Shown here: one piece after another, positions 47,773 through 56,882 of the stretch | Layout: each line of letters opens with the position of its first letter | Numbering within the stretch: position 1 is the stretch's first letter | From: Deltaproteobacteria bacterium | Lineage (GTDB): Bacteria; Desulfobacterota; Binatia; UBA12015 | DNA: 64,000 nucleotides | Direction of reading: 5' to 3' | Assembly (NCBI GenBank): GCA_046583355.1 | Contig: JAYGCM010000019.1 | Span: 1-64,000, forward strand | The notes under the pieces: generated by a model | Seen by the model: the letters and a program-made list of their open reading frames with translations, nothing else | Told to the model about the DNA's origin: nothing | Database searches by the model: none | Position numbers and translations under genes: made by a program

Positions 47773-47883
47773 AGATTCGGCCCGCCACGGCGCTTGGCAG
47801 CCCTGGTCGAAAGACTCGCTTTTTCGGCGGCGAGGTTCATCGCGACGCTTGAGGTCCACGGCGTCCCCGGCGATACTCAGCAG

Positions 47884-48489
47884 GTGGGCAGACATGGACG
47901 CAATTGGCGGTATCGGACAGCGCTGGCGGTAGCTTTGGTCTCGTTGGCGGCAGCGGGTGCGGCGGGCGCCGACGATGCATGGGTCAGCGGCAAGGTCTCG
48001 CTGAACCTGCGCCGTGGGCCGGGAACCCAATACAAGATCATCGGCAAGGTCACCGCCGAAGACCATGTCGAGGTACTTGACTCCAAAGAGGGTTGGCGGC
48101 AGGTCCTCACCGATCGCGAGCGCAAGGGCTGGATTCCGGCGGGCTACCTTGTCGGCACAGCGCCGGCCAGTGTGCGGCTGGGCGCGGCCGAAGAAAAACT
48201 GGCGGGTGCCGAGCGCGAACTCGCTGCGAGTCGAGCCGAGGCGCAAGCGGAGACGCAGCGGCTGCGCGAGCTTGCCGCGAGCCTGGCGCGGCAAAACCGG
48301 GATATCAGCAGCCGCGACGAAGACCAGCGTACCCGTATCGAGCGTCTCCAAACAGCCAACCGGGAGATGCAAACCGCTCTGCGCTGGCGCGAGTGGCTGG
48401 TCGGTGCAGGCATCCTCGCCGTCGGCATGATCACCGGCGCCCTCCTCGGCCGCAGCGGCCGCAAACGCGGCTCCCGCATCCGCCTTTAG
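47884..48489 (+). CDS. SH3-domain protein (TIGR04211/YgiM-like); start uncertain
   Basis: Signal peptide; LRRGPGTQYKII...GW.QV...GWI; coiled coil; C-terminal TM and basic tail. Confidence 0.8.
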   Translation: MGRHGRNWRYRTALAVALVSLAAAGAAGADDAWVSGKVSLNLRRGPGTQYKIIGKVTAEDHVEVLDSKEGWRQVLTDRERKGWIPAGYLVGTAPASVRLGAAEEKLAGAERELAASRAEAQAETQRLRELAASLARQNRDISSRDEDQRTRIERLQTANREMQTALRWREWLVGAGILAVGMITGALLGRSGRKRGSRIRL

Positions 48490-48509
48490 CGGGCGGGCGA
48501 CCGCTGTCT

Positions 48510-48533
48510 CGACCGCAAAGTCGGGCGGCATCC
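48510..48533 (+). repeat. Dispersed intergenic repeat copy (degenerate)
   Basis: CGACCGCAAAGTCGGGCGGCATCC; 19/24 consensus match. Confidence 0.5.
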
Positions 48534-48570
48534 CGCGCCGCCTGTGGCCGGGCCTCTAGAGGTGCGGCCT

Positions 48571-48846
48571 CTAGGAACCCAACCGAGAACGGCCGGAGCG
48601 CCCACTCGTCCAGCCCGCCTGCGACGAGACAGCATCGACGCCGACCAGGCCCGGCAGCCGGAAGATCTCACGCACCCGCACGCCCAACCCCCCCGCGATG
48701 CGTAGAGCGGTCGGCAGCGTCGGATGTACATGACCATTTTTGATCCGGTTCAGATGCCCCTGGTCCATCCCGCAAAGGCCGGCCAACTCGCTCTCGGCCA
48801 GACCGCGGCGCGCCATCCACTCACCGATGCGATTCTCGACCGTCAT
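48571..48846 (-). CDS. XRE-family HTH regulator
   Basis: ELAGLCGMDQGHLNRIKNG...PTLPTALRIA..LG. Confidence 0.85.
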   Translation of the reverse strand: MTVENRIGEWMARRGLAESELAGLCGMDQGHLNRIKNGHVHPTLPTALRIAGGLGVRVREIFRLPGLVGVDAVSSQAGWTSGRSGRSRLGS

Positions 48847-49112
48847 GCGCCCACCAGCCGCAAGCGTTCGCCGGCCGCACGCATGGCCGCACGCGCGGGG
48901 CCGCGCTTCACCGCCACCTGCGGTGCGAAAACATCCTCGACCTCAAGGCCAAGGGTCGCCGCGATGCGAATCGCGGTGCCGACACTCGGCATCGCATGCC
49001 CGTTCTTGATCCGGTTCAGATGGCTCTGGTCGAGCCCGCAGTGTTCAGCGAATTCCTTGCCGATCACTCTTTTGGTGAAAAGAATTCGATGTAGTCGGTT
49101 GTGTATGAGCAT
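48843..49112 (-). CDS. XRE-family HTH regulator (paralogue of the downstream gene)
   Basis: EFAEHCGLDQSHLNRIKNG...PSVGTAIRIA..LG; purine-rich RBS; ATGA coupling. Confidence 0.85.
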   Translation of the reverse strand: MLIHNRLHRILFTKRVIGKEFAEHCGLDQSHLNRIKNGHAMPSVGTAIRIAATLGLEVEDVFAPQVAVKRGPARAAMRAAGERLRLVGA

Positions 49113-49216
49113 TTGCGTTCCCCCTGTTTGCGATTTTACCGAAGCATCCGATGACCCGCCCAGAAGGACATGCCTCGCCTCGACGAGTAAGGCCGCATGG
49201 AGTATTCGCAGGCTAT

Positions 49217-50056
49217 ATGAATGGAACTCTTGCGGGGAAAGCGGTGCTGGTCACCGGAGGTGGTACGGGAATCGGGCATGCGTGCGCAGCCGCGCTGGCC
49301 GCCGACGGCGCGCTGGTGACGATTTGCGGACGCACGGAATCGAGCCTGGTCGCGTCGGCCGAGCGTGCCGCCCCAAGCGCTGCGCACGGCGGCAGCGTCG
49401 CCTGGACGCTCTGCGATGTCACCGATGAAGAATCCGTGCGTGCGGCGGTAGCCACGGCGGCCAAGCCGAGCGGCAACCTCGACGGCCTGGTCGCCAACGC
49501 CGGCGGCGGCGGCATGATCGCGCCCCTGCACCTGCAGGATACCGCCGAGTTTCAGCGCGTCCTGGAACTGAATGTGCTCGGCACCTTCCTCTGCATCAAG
49601 CATGCGGTACCGCTGCTGCGCGCCGCCGGCGGCGGTTCTTTCGTCGGCATGTCCTCCCTCGCGGGCCACGTCACGCACCCTCTTTTCGGTGCCTATACAG
49701 CCTCCAAGGCCGGCATCGAACAACTGATGCGCAATGCCGCCGACGAGTTCGGCCCGGCAAAGATCCGCTTCAACTCCGTGCGCCCGGGCTTCATCGCCAC
49801 CGAAATCATGGAAGGCATCCCACGCGAGAGCGAAGTCTTCGCAAGCTATGTGAAGAACACACCTCTGGGCGACGTGGGCCTGCCCGAAGACGTCGGCAAC
49901 CTCATCCGTTTCCTGATCAGCCCCGAATCGCGCTGGATCACCGGCACCGAAATCAATATCGACGGCGGCCAATCCCTGCGCCGCGGCCCGGACTTCTCCT
50001 CGTTCCTGCGCGACGCGATGGGCGACGACGTCCTGGCCGGCAAGCTGCCCGGGTAG
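49217..50056 (+). CDS. SDR oxidoreductase
   Basis: TGGGTGIG, NAG, YTASK, WITGTEINIDGG. Confidence 0.9.
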   Translation: MNGTLAGKAVLVTGGGTGIGHACAAALAADGALVTICGRTESSLVASAERAAPSAAHGGSVAWTLCDVTDEESVRAAVATAAKPSGNLDGLVANAGGGGMIAPLHLQDTAEFQRVLELNVLGTFLCIKHAVPLLRAAGGGSFVGMSSLAGHVTHPLFGAYTASKAGIEQLMRNAADEFGPAKIRFNSVRPGFIATEIMEGIPRESEVFASYVKNTPLGDVGLPEDVGNLIRFLISPESRWITGTEINIDGGQSLRRGPDFSSFLRDAMGDDVLAGKLPG

Positions 50057-50061
50057 AGGCA

Positions 50062-50091
50062 CGGCCGAAAAGCAGGCATGCATCCGGGCGC
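50062..50091 (+). repeat. Dispersed intergenic repeat copy
   Basis: CGGCCGAAAAGCAGGCATGCATCCGGGCGC; 23/24 core match. Confidence 0.7.
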
Positions 50092-50106
50092 GCCTCTAGA
50101 GGACGT

Positions 50107-51255
50107 TCAGCCCAGCCAGGCGAGGATCAGGGCGCGGTCCTCGTCGAGTTCGGGGGCGGCGCGGTGGCTCTCGGGCTCGGGAACGCCGGACATCTTGATC
50201 GGGTTGCCGGGGATGCGCAATGTGCCGATTTTCGGGTCGGTCAAGCTGCGAATCATATGGCGCGCGGCGACCTGATCGAGTTTGGCCACGTCGGCGACCG
50301 TATTGATCGGCGATACCGGCACCTTGGCTTCCTCGAGCACTTGCAGCCAATGGGCGGCGTCGGCGCTGGCGAAGGTCGTCTCGATCTCGGCTTCGAGCGC
50401 GTCGACGTTCTCGCGGCGCTGGTCGGCCGAAAGAAAACGCGGGTCGTCTTTGAGGTCGGCGCGACCGATCGCGTCGCAGAAATCCCAATAGAGTTCGTCA
50501 TGCCCGGCGCAGACCACGAGTTGGCCCTCTTTGGCATGGAAGGCCTGGAAGGGCGCGATATTCGGATGCCGTGTGCCGAGCGGACCCGGGACCTCACCGG
50601 TGGCGAGGTGGCGCGTGAGCGCGTTCTCCAGGATCGCGACCTGCGCGTCCAGCATCGCCACGTCGATCTTCATGCCGTGGCCGGTCTCAATGCGTTTATA
50701 GAGTGCGGAGCTGATGCCGATCGTGAGGAAGAGCCCCGCGACGATATCGCCCACCGAGACCCCGACCCGGACCGGGTCGCCACCGAGCGGACCCGTCAGG
50801 CTCATCAGGCCGCTCATCGCCTGCACGACCATATCGTAGGCCGGGCGCTGCGACATCGGGCCGGTATGGCCGAAGCCCGAGGCGGCCGCGTAGATCAGCT
50901 TGGGATGCTTCTGGCGCAACGCGTCATAGCCGTAGCCCAGCCGCTCCATCACACCCGGGCGATAATTCTCGACCAACACGTCGGCCTCGCCGAGAAGCTT
51001 GTCGAAAATCGCCTTATCCTCGTCCTTTTTGAGGTCGAGAACGATCGACTCCTTGTCGTAATTCAGGCCCGCATAATAGAGGCTTTTGCCGCCGATGAAG
51101 GGCCCCAGCGTGCGCGCCGCGTCCTGCGCATGCCCGGGGCCTTCGATCTTGATCACCCGCGCGCCGAGATGGCCGAGGACCATCGTGCAATAGGGGCCTG
51201 CGAGAACGCGCGTCAGGTCAAGAACCGTGATGCCGGAGAGCGGTCGTGGATCCAT
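50107..51255 (-). CDS. CoA-transferase family III (CaiB/BaiF)
   Basis: VLDLTRVLAGPYC, LGARVIKIE, ADVLVENYRPG, SGFG, RPAYD (catalytic Asp). Confidence 0.93.
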   Translation of the reverse strand: MDPRPLSGITVLDLTRVLAGPYCTMVLGHLGARVIKIEGPGHAQDAARTLGPFIGGKSLYYAGLNYDKESIVLDLKKDEDKAIFDKLLGEADVLVENYRPGVMERLGYGYDALRQKHPKLIYAAASGFGHTGPMSQRPAYDMVVQAMSGLMSLTGPLGGDPVRVGVSVGDIVAGLFLTIGISSALYKRIETGHGMKIDVAMLDAQVAILENALTRHLATGEVPGPLGTRHPNIAPFQAFHAKEGQLVVCAGHDELYWDFCDAIGRADLKDDPRFLSADQRRENVDALEAEIETTFASADAAHWLQVLEEAKVPVSPINTVADVAKLDQVAARHMIRSLTDPKIGTLRIPGNPIKMSGVPEPESHRAAPELDEDRALILAWLG

Positions 51256-51364
51256 GATGGTGGATCTAAGGGTTCGGCGGAAAAGCACAACGGCCGCGCT
51301 GGACCTCGGGGCGGTTTCTTGAGAGGAGATCGAGGACCCGTTTCGAGCCAAAGGGAGAAGATTC

Positions 51365-53860
51365 ATGCGCAAGCTTGCCACTATTTCGCCGCTGGCGATT
51401 TCCTTATTTGTCCTTGGCCTTCTCGGCCCTGTCCCGGCGTCGGCGCAGGAAAAAGGGACCGACAACGACGACGTGCCGCCAGCTGTGTCGCGCCGAGCCA
51501 GTACGCGCATCGAGGAGATCGTCGTCAGCGCGCGCAAGCGCGAAGAGCGCTTGGAGGATACGCCAGTATCGGTCACGGCGCTGAGCGAGAATATGCTGCG
51601 CGATGCCGGCATCGAGCGCCTCGACCAGATCCAGGAATTGGTGCCGAATTTGCAGATCCGCGATGGCATCAACGGCTATGACGCTACCGTCATCATCCGC
51701 GGTGTCGGCCAAGGCGACTCCGAGATCACCTTTGATCCGGGTGTCGGCATCTACGTCGATGGCGTCTACCTCGCCCGCGCTCAGGGCTCGGTTCTGAGCC
51801 TCGTCGATACGCAGCAGATTGAAATCCTGCGTGGCCCGCAGGGAACCCTCTTCGGCAAGAACACGGTCGGTGGCGCGATCAGCATCACCACCGTCAAGCC
51901 CTCCCAGGAGTTCGGCGCCTCGGCCTTTGTTCGCGTCGGCACCATCGGCACCATCGATACCCGCGCCTCGCTTGACCTGCCGATCGATATCGGCTGGTTC
52001 GAGGATAAATTGTTCTCCCGCTTGACGTTCGCCTCACAAAACTACCGTGGCTACGTCTACGACGAGGGCAACGATGTCTGGTCCAACGACCATAACGCGA
52101 TCGGCTTCCTGGGCAGCCTACGCTTCCTGCCATCCGAAGACCTCACCATTGACCTCAGCGGCAGCTGGTTTCGCGACCACACCCGCGGTCGCGCCGGACG
52201 CTGCGTCCGGGCAGTCGACTCGACGACCCTGACCAATACCTTCATTCCGGAAGAGGACCGGGAACCCTATTTCGCCTCCTGTGAGCGCTCCGAACCCTAC
52301 CGAGTCAACCTCGATATTTCCCAATTGGCCGACATCAGGAGCTACGGCGCCTGGGGCACCGCCACCTACGAACTCGGCGAGATCGGTGACCTGATCGAAG
52401 ATCTGCAACTCAAATCGATCTCCTCCTGGCGCGGCCAACAGCCGCGTGACCGCTCGGATATCGACCTCACACCCTTCCCCATCGGCCGTCGCGGGACCGC
52501 CGGCGGCGCGGGCACCTACGACGGTGGCACCAGTGGACCGCAGCCGGGCCTCGACGGCCGGCCGGGCAGCGCCTGGCAGATCAGCGAAGAGGTACAGGCA
52601 ACCGTCATCGGCTGGGACGAGAGGGCCACTGCGGTCCTGGGCGCCTACGGGTTCTGGGAAAGGGCCGACGCCAACCGCGGCGAAGAGTTCTTCCCGGGTC
52701 CGGCGACCCGGGTCGCCGGCGGAGCCACCACGACGACAATCGAAATCGATAATTGGTCGTGGGCCCTTTTCGGTCAGACCACCGTCGACCCGGTCGAATG
52801 GCTCGGCCTGACCTTCGGGCTCCGCTACAGCGAGGAAAAAAAGGGCTATAGCCAGCTCAAGGCAATCCCTGAATTCAACGGCGTCGTGCCGGCACCGCTC
52901 GTCGGATTTCAGGATCCGGACACCGGAGAACTCTCGCCTGCCACGGCGTCCGCAATCTATTCGGCGTGGACACCGATGGCGAGCATCGCCTACCGGATGC
53001 CCGAGGCCTTCCTCGACGATACCGAAATCGACAGCCTCATGACCTATTTCACCTTCAGCCGTGGCTACAAAAGTGGCGGCTTCAACGGTGGGGCACGCTC
53101 CAACTCCGAGAAACAACTCAACCCCTTTGAACCCGAGACTCTCGACAACTTCGAAATCGGCGCAAAGATCGTCGCGCTGGACCAACAGCTTACGGTGAAC
53201 ACAGCCTTCTTTCGCGGCCAATACAAGAATATCCAGGTACGCACGATTGTCCCGCAGGCCTGCCCCGAAGACCTGCCCGATTGCGTGCCCCCGGTCGACC
53301 TCGTGATCGAAAACGCGGCCAGCGCAACCACGCAGGGCCTGGAAATCGAGTTTGTCACCATGCCGTTCGAAGGGCTTCGCGTGCAGGGCTCGTTTGCGCT
53401 GCTCGACGCGACCTACAACGATTTCCCGGAGGCAGCGAGCGACCTAGTCGACCCGACCTTCGATCCCGCGAACTCCACGGTCAATAGGTCGGGCGAGAGC
53501 TTCCCCGGTGTGCCGCAGATGCAGACGCATCTGGGGGTGCAATATTCCTTCGAGATCGACCCCGGCATCGAATCGATGCGCGGCTGGATCACACCGCGCT
53601 TTGATTGGTCCTACCAATCCGAGGTTCATTTCTACGGCGCCGAACTGCTCGACGCCTACCAGCCGGGCTATCACCTGCTGCACCTTCGCCTGAGCTACGA
53701 TTTCATGGACGACAACGCCCAATTCGCCCTATGGGGGAAGAACATCACGGGGACGCAATACTTCAACCACGTCACCCCGATCGCCAGCACGATGGGCACG
53801 GTCATCCAATATTACGCGCCGCCCGCCTCCTGGGGTGCCGAGTTCAGCTACCGTTTTTAG
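51365..53860 (+). CDS. TonB-dependent receptor
   Basis: Signal peptide; IEEIVVSARKRE; IEILRGPQGTLFGKNTVGGAI; SRGYKSGGFN; ends EFSYRF. Confidence 0.95.
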   Translation: MRKLATISPLAISLFVLGLLGPVPASAQEKGTDNDDVPPAVSRRASTRIEEIVVSARKREERLEDTPVSVTALSENMLRDAGIERLDQIQELVPNLQIRDGINGYDATVIIRGVGQGDSEITFDPGVGIYVDGVYLARAQGSVLSLVDTQQIEILRGPQGTLFGKNTVGGAISITTVKPSQEFGASAFVRVGTIGTIDTRASLDLPIDIGWFEDKLFSRLTFASQNYRGYVYDEGNDVWSNDHNAIGFLGSLRFLPSEDLTIDLSGSWFRDHTRGRAGRCVRAVDSTTLTNTFIPEEDREPYFASCERSEPYRVNLDISQLADIRSYGAWGTATYELGEIGDLIEDLQLKSISSWRGQQPRDRSDIDLTPFPIGRRGTAGGAGTYDGGTSGPQPGLDGRPGSAWQISEEVQATVIGWDERATAVLGAYGFWERADANRGEEFFPGPATRVAGGATTTTIEIDNWSWALFGQTTVDPVEWLGLTFGLRYSEEKKGYSQLKAIPEFNGVVPAPLVGFQDPDTGELSPATASAIYSAWTPMASIAYRMPEAFLDDTEIDSLMTYFTFSRGYKSGGFNGGARSNSEKQLNPFEPETLDNFEIGAKIVALDQQLTVNTAFFRGQYKNIQVRTIVPQACPEDLPDCVPPVDLVIENAASATTQGLEIEFVTMPFEGLRVQGSFALLDATYNDFPEAASDLVDPTFDPANSTVNRSGESFPGVPQMQTHLGVQYSFEIDPGIESMRGWITPRFDWSYQSEVHFYGAELLDAYQPGYHLLHLRLSYDFMDDNAQFALWGKNITGTQYFNHVTPIASTMGTVIQYYAPPASWGAEFSYRF

Positions 53861-53889
53861 GGGCGCGAGGGGAAAGCGAGTTTCCCGGC

Positions 53890-54912
53890 CTATATATTAC
53901 GCGCAAGCGCAAGCGCCGAGTTGGCGAGGAAGGTGGTCTGGGCTTCCATGAGGCCCAGATCGACCTTCTGGTCGCCCATGACCTTCTGGCGAAAACGCGC
54001 GAAGACGCCTTCGCAGATGGCGGCCAGCCGCCACATCTGGAAGGCGCGATAATAATCGAGCTCGCCAACCGCGCGGCCTGTACGCTCGGCGTAGGCCGCA
54101 ATGAATTCCGCTCTGGAGGGACACCCCTGTAGAACTACGACCGAGGCCGCACCGGCGGCCGGCGGATCGGCCGGGTCAGGCCAGTTATTGAGCAGGTAGC
54201 CGACGTCCGCCAGCGTATCGCCCAGCGTACAGAGCTCCCAATCGAGGACGGCGGCGACGCGGCCCTCCGGGGCCAGCAAGACGTTGCCGAGACGATAGTC
54301 GCCGTGCACGATCCCGGTATAGAGCTGCGGTGGCTTTGCCTGGACGAGAAGCGCGTGCGCTTCCTCCATTGCCGGCAACTCGCGCTGCTTCGATTTCTCC
54401 CATTGCCCCGCCCAACGCTTCAGCTGGCGGTCGAGGTAGGCTTCCTTCTTGGCAAGGTCGCCCAGACCGATGGCATCGATATCGACCGCATGCAGGTCCG
54501 CAAGGACTTCGATCAGATGGTCCATCGCGCGGCGACCGGCCGATGCATCGAAAGCATCCTCACCGCTGCCTGCCTCGCCGAGCACCACGCCCGGCACGTA
54601 GTCCATCACATAAAAGGGAGCGCCACCCACGGCCTCGTCTGTGCAGAGGCCGAGCGCCGGCGGCACCGGCACTTTGGTCGGACTCAGCGCGTCGATGATC
54701 CGGTACTCGCGCGCCATATCGTGCGGGGTCGCGAGCACGGCGCCGAGCGGCGGACGGCGCAGCACGACCAGACGCCCGGTTGCATCCTGAACCCGAAAGG
54801 TGAGGTTGGAGCGACCGCCCGCGATCAGCGAGAACGTAAAGGGCGGCGCAAGCCCCGGGATCTCCGCCTCGAGCCACGCGCTAACCTTCTCCCTATCGAT
54901 TCCATCAGACAT
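53890..54912 (-). CDS. APH-family phosphotransferase (ACAD10/11 N-terminal-like)
   Basis: GGRSNLT, VLRRPP, HDMAREY, VHGDYRLGN, VLDWELCTLGD. Confidence 0.92.
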   Translation of the reverse strand: MSDGIDREKVSAWLEAEIPGLAPPFTFSLIAGGRSNLTFRVQDATGRLVVLRRPPLGAVLATPHDMAREYRIIDALSPTKVPVPPALGLCTDEAVGGAPFYVMDYVPGVVLGEAGSGEDAFDASAGRRAMDHLIEVLADLHAVDIDAIGLGDLAKKEAYLDRQLKRWAGQWEKSKQRELPAMEEAHALLVQAKPPQLYTGIVHGDYRLGNVLLAPEGRVAAVLDWELCTLGDTLADVGYLLNNWPDPADPPAAGAASVVVLQGCPSRAEFIAAYAERTGRAVGELDYYRAFQMWRLAAICEGVFARFRQKVMGDQKVDLGLMEAQTTFLANSALALARNI

Positions 54913-54973
54913 GCCGAACGATTAGATCTTCGGTCGGAAAGTGCAACCATGGCCCGTTTTTGCAGCCGGATTT

Positions 54974-55570
54974 TCAGCGCGGCGGCACGACCGCAGGCGA
55001 CGTCTGGCGGCGCGCTGCGAGGTTACGCAGGACCGAGCGCGCAAGTTCGCGTGGCCGCTTCCAGGCCGGGAATCCCTGGCCGAGTGGTGTGGCGGCGACG
55101 CGAAAAAAATCGTCTCCGTCGATCACGAAAAGCACCGGCCCCCGGCCAGTGGGAAACGCCGCATCCTCCACCCAAAAGGCGGTAGCCGTGAAATTGGGCA
55201 CGGCCAGCCTTTGCACGCGCTCGAGCCGATTGGTCTCGAGTACGCGGCGCATCTCTGCGGCGAAGGTGCCGTGGCGCCCGCCCTCAGGGAAGAAATCCAA
55301 CTCGGCGAATTCGCCGCTCGGAGCCTCATAGCGGCACCGCGACCAATGCTCTTGGTGCACGATGCTGGGCTCCTGCACCACCAAAGACAGCGGCGCCTCT
55401 GCCTCGGCCGAGGATAGCAGACAGCAAGCCTCCGACGGCTCCGTCGCGCAACGCACCTCGATGCTGCGCTCGCAGCCGACCAGCAGCGTGGCCGCGAGGA
55501 GAAGAGTCGCCCATGCGGCCACCAGGGTCCTGCAGGCCGGGGGGACCCCGGCCCCATGCGGCACTCGCAC
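54974..55570 (-). CDS. Putative lipoprotein of unknown function; start uncertain
   Basis: Hydrophobic stretch followed by LLVGC lipobox; same strand as flanking genes. Confidence 0.5.
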   Translation of the reverse strand: MRVPHGAGVPPACRTLVAAWATLLLAATLLVGCERSIEVRCATEPSEACCLLSSAEAEAPLSLVVQEPSIVHQEHWSRCRYEAPSGEFAELDFFPEGGRHGTFAAEMRRVLETNRLERVQRLAVPNFTATAFWVEDAAFPTGRGPVLFVIDGDDFFRVAATPLGQGFPAWKRPRELARSVLRNLAARRQTSPAVVPPR

Positions 55571-55607
55571 GGGACGCAAAAGGCACAGGGAGGGCACGCC
55601 CCTATCG

Positions 55608-56819
55608 TCAAACAATTTTATACCAATAGAATGCATAGACTGCATAAGCGTTGAGAAACACCGAGAGCGCGAGCAAGAGAACGTCCGGAATTCGCGGCCG
55701 GGGCGGACTCGACTCAAGCAAGATCCAGAAGAAAAAGGGAATCAGGATCATCCCGTAGCGATACGAGAATTGATAGCCGCCCGCATTGCCGTGCAACCAG
55801 AGAACGGCCGTCAGGGCGACAATCGCGAGCACGGCAAAAATCGAGTGACGGGCATTGCGCGACCGCGGCCGGAAACAAAGCAGCAGAATAGGCGAGACGA
55901 GAAAAATCGACTCACCTCCCCCGGTGGGGCGAATCCAGGGAAAACTATCCTGACTCGCCCAGGGAAGGAGAAGCATCGCACGCAGATTCGGCTCGACACC
56001 ACGCCAGGAAAAGAAGCCCTCGGCGTAGAAGGGGTCGTCGAGCAAAAAGGGAATGCGCTCGTAGCCGAAATCGAACGGAGAATGGAAACGCATGGCATTG
56101 TAGACAAGCGTTGCGACACCGAGGGCAAAGGGCACGGTGCAGAAAGCCGCCAGCCGGGCCATGCCTGTGCGCGCATCCCTGCGACTCTGCGGCTCCGCGA
56201 AGAGCAGCCCAAGGAAGAGTGGTGTCAGCAAAATGAGTTCGGTTCGGTTGCCGAAGGCGAGTGCGAAGAAGGCTCCCGCAAGGAGCGGGCGCCTATCGAC
56301 CAGCGAATAATACAGCGCGCCCATCTCGCCCACCACGGCGAAGCCCAAGGCAAGCTGCCAGGCGCCGCCGTTCTCGACATTCGCCCACACCCAGGAGCCA
56401 AAGACCGGGAAAGCCGCCAGCAGCAGACGCTGCGTCCGTACGATGCCTCGACCGGCCGAGAGGCGGTAAGCAAAATATGCGATCGCGGCGCCGATGAAAG
56501 CGGCCACAGCGGACACCGGTATCTCGCCGATCCAGCCGAGCCGAGCGGCCACGGCCGCAGGCAGCATCGTCAGGACAGCACCGAGCGGGAAGACGGAATA
56601 ATGAAGCTTCTCTCCCGGCACCAACTCCAGCCAGGGACGCGGGTGATCGATCCCCAATTGGAGGTCGAGGAACTGGCCGGCGATCAGAAAGGTCTGGTCG
56701 TAGGGCGTGCGCGCGGCGGGATGTGAGAAAAAGTAGACAAGCCCCGCCAGCAAAGCGAAACCGCCCGCCACCAGCCATTCCGTGCGCCCCTGCGCATGCT
56801 CGCCTCCCGCAACCGCCAC
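55608..56819 (-). CDS. Polytopic membrane protein, GT-C glycosyltransferase-like
   Basis: About 10 TM segments; YSVFPLG, YNAMRFHSPFDFGY, GGYQFSYRY. Confidence 0.65.
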   Translation of the reverse strand: MAVAGGEHAQGRTEWLVAGGFALLAGLVYFFSHPAARTPYDQTFLIAGQFLDLQLGIDHPRPWLELVPGEKLHYSVFPLGAVLTMLPAAVAARLGWIGEIPVSAVAAFIGAAIAYFAYRLSAGRGIVRTQRLLLAAFPVFGSWVWANVENGGAWQLALGFAVVGEMGALYYSLVDRRPLLAGAFFALAFGNRTELILLTPLFLGLLFAEPQSRRDARTGMARLAAFCTVPFALGVATLVYNAMRFHSPFDFGYERIPFLLDDPFYAEGFFSWRGVEPNLRAMLLLPWASQDSFPWIRPTGGGESIFLVSPILLLCFRPRSRNARHSIFAVLAIVALTAVLWLHGNAGGYQFSYRYGMILIPFFFWILLESSPPRPRIPDVLLLALSVFLNAYAVYAFYWYKIV

Positions 56820-56882
56820 GGGGAGATCATCGCATCGCTCGCGGTCGGGCGAAAGCTCGCTCAGCGGCTGGGCCGAAAGCGC

